Origin: Macrostomum hystrix
Taxonomy: Eukaryota > Animalia > Platyhelminthes
Direction: 5' to 3'
Assembly: GCA_950097015.1 (NCBI GenBank)
Contig: CATNEN010000038.1
Coordinates: forward strand, 5,208,001-5,272,000
Length of the DNA: 64,000 nt
Part shown: in pieces, positions 55,701 through 64,000 of the stretch
Layout of the letters: the number at the start of each line of letters is the position of its first letter
Position numbering within the stretch: position 1 is the first letter of the stretch
Translations under genes and position numbers: made by a program
Notes under the pieces: model-generated
Told to the model about the DNA's origin: nothing
Seen by the model: the letters and a program-made list of their open reading frames with translations, nothing else
The model's database searches: none

Positions 55701-58700
55701 ACACGATCGGCAAGGCCATCTGGGTTCGTCAGAAAACGTCATTCAATGGTTGGATGCGCGGCTACTATACTATCGAAGCTTCTAGTGGCGAGAAGTTCCA
55801 ACTACTTTTAGAGGCTGTAATCGGAAGCAAAGCTTTTGGAAATATCGCGATCGATGATGTTCAATTGTTTAGCGTTCCGTGCTTTCAACTGCGCGAGCCT
55901 CTAAGATGCGACTTCGAAGATAAGACATTTTGCGGATGGACGCTAGATCCTTCAGCTGAGATACAGTGGAGCCTCGGCCGTGGATTGTCGACTGGTTCAG
56001 GTAGTCACTACACTGGCCCTTCCGCGGATATGACGTACAGATCAACAATGGGCACATATGCCTTTGTTGACTCCCGCCAAGGTGAATTTAAAAAGGCCAG
56101 ACTAATATCACAGGCATATTCACTTGGCACTTACTCAGCTTGCGTACGCTTCTACTACCACATGTATGGCCCTGACATGGGAGCACTTTCTGTCTTCCTA
56201 GCCCGAGAGCCAGTTGAAGACTCGAGCAGGTGGGTACTCCTCGCCTCTCACAGCGGAAACAAAGGAAATGTATGGCTTCCAGCAGAAGTGACAGCTGTCA
56301 CTGGATCAGGAAAATTTTACCTGATTTTTGAGGGCTTCACGGAAGGCAGAGTCTCGAGCAACATGGCCATTGACGAAATTTCAGTGGAGAGTGGCGCTTG
56401 TCCGAATCCCGGAAACTGCGATTTTGAGCACGACGAATGCATGTATGAAAACGACCCCACTGCCACGTTTAGGTGGATCAGAGCGCAGGGAAGAGGAAAA
56501 ACTGGCCTGTTTGCTCCCCAAAATGACCACACTCAAGGCTCAATATATGGACACTTCATGGACGTTGAAGCTTTCGATCAAAATGAGAGTGACAAGGCCA
56601 TTCTTGTGTCACCAGAGAGACCTGGCACGGAGCGCTACAGAGGTCACTGCGTGTCTTTCTGGTTCTGGATGAACGGCAGAGACGTTGGAACTCTCACTGT
56701 GTCTGTGAGATCAAGAATGTCAGGTGGAAACTGGACTCAGCCTATCTGGGAGCTCAGTGGCCAGCAGGCGGGCCAGTGGATGGAAGGCAAGGCACCGTAC
56801 AGGTCAGACTCTGAGGTTCAGATCGCATTTGAAGCCAGTTTTCGGGGAGGCCGTCAGGGAAGCATCGCCATCGACGATATCCAGGTAGTTGAAAGTGACT
56901 GCAACGTCATTCCGCTCGCTGCCGAAGTGCCGCAAACTACAGCGACTGGTGAAACATCATCGACTACCGAGGCGCCAACTGGATATGAGTGCAACTTCGA
57001 GAGCGGTTTGTGCAACTGGCAGCAATCCAGCGACGATAGCTTCGATTGGGCCCGCCTCACTGGCAAATTGAGCCTGGCCGCTGCGCCAAAGGTGGACCAT
57101 ACAACCAAAACAGGTAACTACTCGAATATATTTCATTGAATGTAAAACTACGAGTAAACTTGTACTTTTATTGTAAATAGCACTAGCTCTTTATCACCCT
57201 GCATTGAATATTGAAAAAAACGTAGCTGAAGCCGTTTTTGCTTATTGCATTAATATACGCTCGTAGCTTTGTTTACGGTATTCTGTAAAGGTAGGTTAAC
57301 ATGTAAATGAAACTTAAAAACTTAAGCACAACTTTGTTGAGCCAGTGGCGCTCAGTTTCTCAGTCCATCCACAACCACCCTAATCCACACCCACCCAAAT
57401 CCACAACCACCCTAATCCACACCCACCCAAATCAACACCCACCCGAATCCACACCCACCCAAATCTACACCTACCCAACTCTACACCCACCTAAATCTAC
57501 TCCCACCCAAGTCTACACCCACCCAACTCTACACCCACCTAAATCTACACCCACCCAACTCTACACCCACCCAACTCTACACCCACCCAACTCTACACCC
57601 ACCTAAATCTACACCCACCCATATCCACACCCACCCAAATCTACACCCACCCATATCCACACCCACCCAAATCTACACCCACCCATATCCACACCCACCA
57701 AACTCTACACCCACCCAACTCTACACCCACCTAAATCTACACCCACCCATATCCACACCCACCCATATCCACACCCACCAAACTCTACACCCACCCAACT
57801 CTACACCCACCCAACTCTACACCCACCCAACTCTACACCCACCCAAATCTACACCCACCCATATCCACACCCACCAAACTCTACACCCACCCAACTCTAC
57901 ACCCACCAAACTCTACACCCACCCAACTCTACACCCACCCAACTCTACACCCACCCAAATCTACACCCACCCAACTCTACACCCACCAAACTCTACACCC
58001 ACCCAACTCTACACCCACCCATATCCACACCCACCAAACTCTACACCCACCCAACTCTACACCCACCCAACTCTACACCCACCCAAATCTACACCCACCC
58101 ATATCCACACCCACCAAACTCTACACCCACCCAACTCTACACCCACCCAACTCTACACCCACCCAAATCTACACCCACCCAACTCTACACCCACCCAACT
58201 CTACACCCACCCAACTCTACACCCACCCAAATCTACACCCACCCAACTCTACACCCACCAAAATCTGAACCAAAGCCAATTCAGCTAAGAGCTTGTTGAA
58301 CTGAAGTATTAAGGAACTCGGCTGTTAATTTTGTTACAGTTTCCCGCGAAATACCAGGCACACATTTTACTCTTTCAGCTCTGGGCTACTTCCTTTCGAT
58401 TGAGAGCGGCACAGCTCCATCAGCCGTAGCTCGCCTTGAGTCCCCTGTTTTCACGGCGGGCACCTCAGGATGCTTCAGGTTCTGGTACCACATGTACGGA
58501 TTCGGAGCCAACCGCCTGAACATAATTCTTAGTTCGCAACAGACTTTGAAGCCTATTTGGACAAGGATCGGCACTCAAGCAAACCAGTGGCTTCAAGGAG
58601 AGGTTAATGTTGGAAGGCAGGATTCGTTCCGACTAATTGTGGAAGCTATTCGTGGAGAAAACCAAGCCAGCAACATTGCCATCGATGACCTCCAGTTCTC

Positions 58701-61700
58701 ATACAAGCCTTGTGGCCACTCCAGCGCTGTCGACTGCGATTTCGAAAGCGACATTTGCAACTTTCAACACGATGGAAGCGCAGACTTCCAATGGACCAGG
58801 AGGCAAGGCGTGATAGCAACACAGCAAACTGGACCTTCGGTGGACCACACCACTGGAACTTCCCTAGGCTGGTTTTTGCATATGAAGTCGGCTTCTCCGC
58901 GCAAGGAAGGTGACAGGGCCGTCATTCTGACACCTGACATTGCCGATAATTCCGGCCACTGCCTGCGGTTTTGGTACCACATCTACGGACCTGGAATAGG
59001 CACTTTGAATGTCTACTGGGAGAGCCGTCACTTGGCCTGGCGAGTTGTGAGCAAAGCTGGCGTGAACTACGGCAACCGATGGATGGTTGAGGAAGTTCCG
59101 CTAGATATTTCTGACACATTTCATCTGAAGTTCGAAGGCGTCGTTGGGAAATACGGCTTAAGTGACGTCGCAGTTGACGACATTGAAATCAGAAAAGGTG
59201 CCTGCGCGCAGCCCGGAGACTGCAGCTTCGAAAATGGACTCTGCAACTGGGTCACCGACAGCATCGCCAGCTCAGTAGACTGGCTGAGAACGCAGGGCGG
59301 AGATGGTCGTCCTGATGGCGACCATACTATGGACAGTCCGGACGGCTGGTTCCTCTACTTGCCCGTGAATGCCTTCATAACAAACCGTAGAGCCAGGCTA
59401 ATGAGCCAGTACTTTTATCGGCAGCCAGAGCGCTGTCTCAGCTTTGCATATCAGATCAAAGGCACAGAAGTCGGTACTCTTAGTGTATTGCGAACCTTTA
59501 TTAACGGAACGTCGGAAGTTTTATGGGCACTTGCTGAGAGCCAAAAGGACGTGGATCGCTGGGTAATTGGCCGCATTCCGATCCCATACCTGGAAGACAT
59601 ATACGTTCTTGTATTTGAAGGCGACAGATCGATGGTGAAGGATGGCTACATCGCTCTAGATGACATCGTATTCACAACAGGAGGTTCCTGTGAATGTAAG
59701 TAAAATTTAAGTAAATATTCATATTATTTATGAATATTTACCAAAGACTTCAATAGCTAAGCAAAAAATGTACAAAAAAATTTTAGTTTCTCCCAAGACA
59801 GCCGATCCTCGGCAGCTAAGGTCCACACAACCAGCCACCACAACCATATCCATGCCAAGATCAACTCCAACGCCGAATAGATATAACTGCGATTTTGAGT
59901 CTGGCTTCTGCGAGTACGTTCTCGACAACACCGGCAACTTCAACTGGACTAGAGCTCAGGGTTCAGTTGGTGCCAAGGAGACGGGACCGTCAGTGGATAA
60001 AACTTTAGGAACAGGCAAGTTTGAAAAAAACTAATTGTGTCTGCGTAACTACTAGAAGCAAACTAGTGTATTGTCGCAACTATTTCAGCTCTAGGTTGGT
60101 ACGCCTACATTCGTGCTGCCGGTCAAAAAATGTTCGACAAAGCTCGACTGCGCTCTGCTCCAGTGCCAGCGAACCAGGATTGGTGCATCAACTTCTGGTA
60201 CCACATGTACGGCAGCGTTGTGGAAGAGCTTCGCGTGTACATAGTGAACGAAGACGATGAAGTGGGCAAAAATCCCGTTTGGGTGCGAAAGAAAAGTTAC
60301 GGTGATCGATGGATTTACGGAGAGATTAACTACCAGCACACGGGCAGTCGTGAATTTGTCGTTGTCTATGAGGCGCTCGTTGGATTTCACTATCTGAGCG
60401 ATATCGCCCTGGATGATTTGCGAATTTCAGAAGGTCTCTGCGCTCATCGGGAGACATACTGTGACTTTGACACGGGATTGTGTGGCTATAGTCTAACCAA
60501 CAGCGCTGGTGGTGATGCAGGCAATCCATTCCAATGGAATCGAGCGATGGGCAGGGATATCAAACTGGGAATCGACCATTCCACAGGAACACCGACGGGT
60601 CATTTACTAATGGCAAATGGCGGAGGCAGGCTTGACAGGAACCTGACGGCATGGGCTACGAGTCCCATGTTTTCGCTGATCCAGCCAGGCACTCAGTGCT
60701 TGCACTTTTACTACTCACTAGTCGACAACTATTATGGCTACTACGAGCTTCGAGTCAGAAAAGGCAGCGCACCTGATCCTTACAGTAACCAAATAATTTT
60801 TAGTAGAGTTGGCAGTTACTATACAACACGATGGCAGGTGGGATACGCTCAGTTTCAGGCGAACGAGAATTATAAGCTCATTTTCGAAACGTTTATGAAT
60901 AGGTACGGAGGAAACAGTGAAGTCGCCATCGATGACTTGATCGTAGAAGCAGGACCTTGTCCGGCGCTGAACAGCTGCGACTTCGAGGAAGACACCTGTG
61001 ATTGGACCAACTCTCAAAGAAATGACTTCGACTGGATCAGAGGGAAGGGCGCAGACACACAGAGAGGTGGACCCAGTGTTGACCGGTCAACTGGTTCCCC
61101 TGAGGGTCACTATTTGTTTTTTGAGGCCGCGTCCTCCAATGTTGTCAACTCAAAGGCTGTTCTGACTAGTCCGACACGAGAATCTTCTGTTTTTGCAAAG
61201 TGTCTCCACTTTTGGTACAATATCGAGGGTTTCAATGTTGGTCTACTACGAGCTATCATCGTTAACTGGATGCCTCAGCCTAATAGTCCGAAGAGAACCA
61301 TCAGGATCTGGGAGTTTGGTGAAGCTACGAACGGCTGGATTCATGCGACGGCATCGCTGGACGGATACCATATTTATCGCTCGCACGAGGTACGCAGTTT
61401 TTTTGCTTTGTAACTTGGGAAAAACATAAATTTTCTTGTGTCTTTAGCCAAATTGAATTCCCTATTTCAGATTACATTCGAGGGTGTAAGACTGACTGGC
61501 ACGTACGGCTACGTTGCAGTCGATGATGTTCAGATACTTGACGAGACCTGCTACACATACCCCTCACGTGCGCAACCCAGCGTGGGCACTCTTATCGATT
61601 GCAATTTTGACGTCGACCTGTGCAAGTGGAGCAGGAACAACAACAGCACAGTCGAATGGAAGAGCAATTCAGGTTCCACCCCGGGCTCCGGGTCTGGTCC

Positions 61701-64000
61701 AAGCACCGACGTCTCTGGCAGCGGCTCCTATTTGTACATCGATGCTAACAGCACAAGGGCCGGTGATAATGCAGTACTGGAGACGCCTGTTCTACCCGGA
61801 TCGTTTGGGTCATATTGTTTTGAGTTCTACTATCACATGTTTGGACCGCATATTGGGACCCTCAAGATTCTTACCGATGGTGAGGGTGCAAGGCAACCCA
61901 TCTGGATCAAGCAAGGCAGTCAGTTGAACAAGTGGCAGCGAGTGAGCGTCACGGACAGAAACTTCTACGACCACAAAATCTTCATTGAAGCGATTCTTCC
62001 AGATGGAGAGGTTGGAGATATTGCGATAGACGAAGTTTCCTACCAGAGAGGCGATTGCCCAGCGTCCCCACTGTGCGACTTTGAGCTGGGCTTCTGTGAG
62101 TGGACTCTAGATAACAAGCAGCGCACTCTCTTTCAACGCGGCACAGGAGGCCAAACGATGCCTGCTGGACCATCAAATGATCACACGACAGGAACAGATG
62201 CCGGCTTCTTCGCATACATCAGTTCTAGTTCAGCTGAAACACCAGAGGTAAAAGCGCGCATGAAAAGCCCTAAACTAAGCTCAGCAACGAGCAATTGCCT
62301 TCGATTCTGGTATAACATCAATGGCTCTGGCGAAGGCGCGCTGAGAGTCATAGGCGAGGTCGACTCACAAGAATATCTTCTGTGGATCGTAAACAGCGGT
62401 AGTCGAGGTAGTCAATGGAGACCTGCCTTCGCGGGATACTACGCGGATAGGGAACATGCAATACTTCTTGAAGCAGTTCGTGGCCCCGGATCGATTGGTT
62501 ACATAGCCATTGATGACATCGAGTTGTATAGTGGCCGATGTCCTCCCAGAGGCTTCACTGACTTTGAGAGAGGAATGTGGGGCTACGATAACACACAGCT
62601 TGGGGACGACTTTGACTGGCTTCTTGGCAGCGGATCGCTGCCCTCTTTTTGGTCTGGTCCAGGTGCGGATAGAACCCTCGGAACAACGGAAGGTCACTAC
62701 ATGTTCACGCCAACCTACAACAATAGTAACAAAGTTGCTTGGCTAGTCAGTGAGCCTTTGAGAAATCAGAACAGAGTAGCTCACTTTTCGATTTGGTACA
62801 ATATTTTCGGAAGAGATGTAGGAAAGCTAAATATCTATATCAGATCGCTTGTTATTCAAGACGCTCCTCTGCTAATTTACATTACGGATATTTCTCAAGT
62901 TGAGAACATAAATTTCTGGTATCAGAAAGTGATTGATATTCCTGTAGAGGCTATGCGGGGAACTGAGTTCGAAATAATAATTGAATCGTCTATGACCCAA
63001 GCAGAAGGTATCCAAGGCTACATAGCCATCGATGATTTGTATTTAGTTTACAATGAAACAACTCAGCCTACCACACCCGAGCCGACGCATCTGCCACTAT
63101 TTTCCTGCGATTTTGAACGGGACAAGTGCGGGCTGTCTGACGACACGAGTGCTCCCTTGATTTGGCAGCGCCAGCAAGGCCCTACAAGCAGCAAGGGGAC
63201 TGGGCCGTCAGCTGATCACACAACGGGTACACGCCAGGGCTTCTACGTCTATTTGCCTGCGTCCTCGAACACAACCCAGACCGCTAGACTGGTATCGCCA
63301 AGAATGCAGTCCGGTCCGATTTGCGTCTCGTTTTGGTATCACATGTACGGCTCACATGTAGGATCACTAACTGTCATTGGCAAGAATGGTGACCGTCAAG
63401 AGGAAATTTTCCTCAAGTCTGGAAACCTTGGCGATGTTTGGCAGTATGCTCAGCTAAGCGTTAATGACGCTACGACATTCGTTTGGCAAGGAAGTAACAA
63501 AGGTGGCAGAACTGGTGAAATAGCACTCGATGACATCTCTCTGTACGTGTCTAATGAGTGCAAAGCTCAAAAAGATCAGTGCGGATTTGAGCTAGAAAAC
63601 AACTGTGGATATAGCACAACATTGGATTCCGCTTTTCAATGGATTCGAACCAACGGTTCGACAAATCCAGCACCGGCAGAAGCGCCGCAAACTGACAGAA
63701 CACTAGGCACCGCAAATGGTCACTACATGCTCTTTTCTCAACTCGGACGTCAACTGAACGAATATTCTCGCCTGCAGTCCACTGAGCATGATCCAACGCC
63801 ATCGGCCTGTGTCAGATTTTGGTATTTTACCTCTGGAAGTGACCTCGGTGATTTCAATGTTCGAATCGCTAGCCGGAACACGATGGGAAATCCTATCTGG
63901 ACTGTCTATGGAGATCAGGGTTCCAAATGGAGAAAAGCAGCTGTGAGCATCAGCTCCGACTACAGCTGGTTTTTGGTTTTTGAGGGCGTCGTTCCGTACT
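46768..64000 (+). CDS. Giant secreted or surface poly-MAM-domain protein (MALRD1/AEGP-like but no LDLa seen), more than 3600 aa, 3' partial
   Basis: Exons 46768-46894 (Leu-rich signal peptide), 47438-47539, 47624-47892, 48948-49242, 49583-49936, 50787-51211, 52104-52194, 52534-53094, 53191-53334, 53408-53773, 54285-57113, 58379-59695, 59787-60014, 60089-61389 and 61471 to beyond 64000, all phase-consistent. Repeated CDFE..C.W / GP..DHT.G / C..FWYHMYG / IAIDDI MAM signatures. Confidence 0.9.
46988..47418. repeat. 19-bp minisatellite (TAACACTGAACATCTTGTT)n with alternating variants, MAM gene intron 1
   Basis: Read directly. Confidence 0.92.
47908..48672. repeat. Compound 17-bp (AGTGTCTGTCTGTCCTT) then 13-bp (AGTGTCTGTCCTC) tandem array, intronic
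   Basis: Read directly. Confidence 0.95.
49345..49477 (+). mobile_element. SINE family A fragment
   Basis: GGTTCGAATCC B box and CACATTTATTTGGGG...GCAATTTACGCCTTTGAGGGCCAACCTCC. Confidence 0.75.
51422..51875 (+). mobile_element. SINE family A with a ~100-bp insertion in the 3' stem
   Basis: Matches the consensus; interrupted at about 51747-51850. Confidence 0.87.
53852..54180 (+). mobile_element. SINE family A, diverged copy
   Basis: GTGGCAGAGCGG..TTTGCCTCTCGCACC..GAGCTCGATTCC..GCTGGCTGCGGGTCTA. Confidence 0.75.
57362..58266. repeat. 16-bp C-rich minisatellite (ACTCTACACCCACCCA)n, intronic
   Basis: Read directly. Confidence 0.95.

Noticed and set aside
61471-64000. Apparent lack of a long ORF in the track, suggesting a pseudogene
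   Set aside because: Manual translation from 61471 is open to the window end; the track probably omits it because no stop codon is reached.

Overview
Eukaryotic (metazoan) genomic DNA with GT-AG spliceosomal introns. The GC-rich, polyQ-rich exons and minisatellite-filled introns resemble a flatworm such as Macrostomum; this taxon guess is inference only. Seven genes were reconstructed by hand with phase-consistent splice sites: MBLAC1-like (-, running off the left end), WDR26 (+), an orphan 4-exon membrane protein with voltage-sensor-domain hallmarks (-), CHMP2A (+), a Gfi1/senseless-like C2H2 factor (-), an ARHGAP11-like RhoGAP (-), and a giant signal-peptide-bearing poly-MAM protein (+, at least 21 MAM domains, running off the right end). 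Non-coding DNA holds about 19 tandem arrays, 11 copies of a young tRNA-derived SINE, an older SINE family, and several MITEs with intact TIRs and TSDs, some nested. Most interesting: the Hv1-like voltage-sensor-only protein with a large glycosylated S3-S4 loop; the 3-MAM super-repeat with one cysteine-free domain and a GC-AG intron; CpG deserts upstream of housekeeping genes; the structured SINE 3' end carrying an HDV-ribozyme-like motif; and an inverted pair of related satellites. All gene models and counts are manual and no database search was run.
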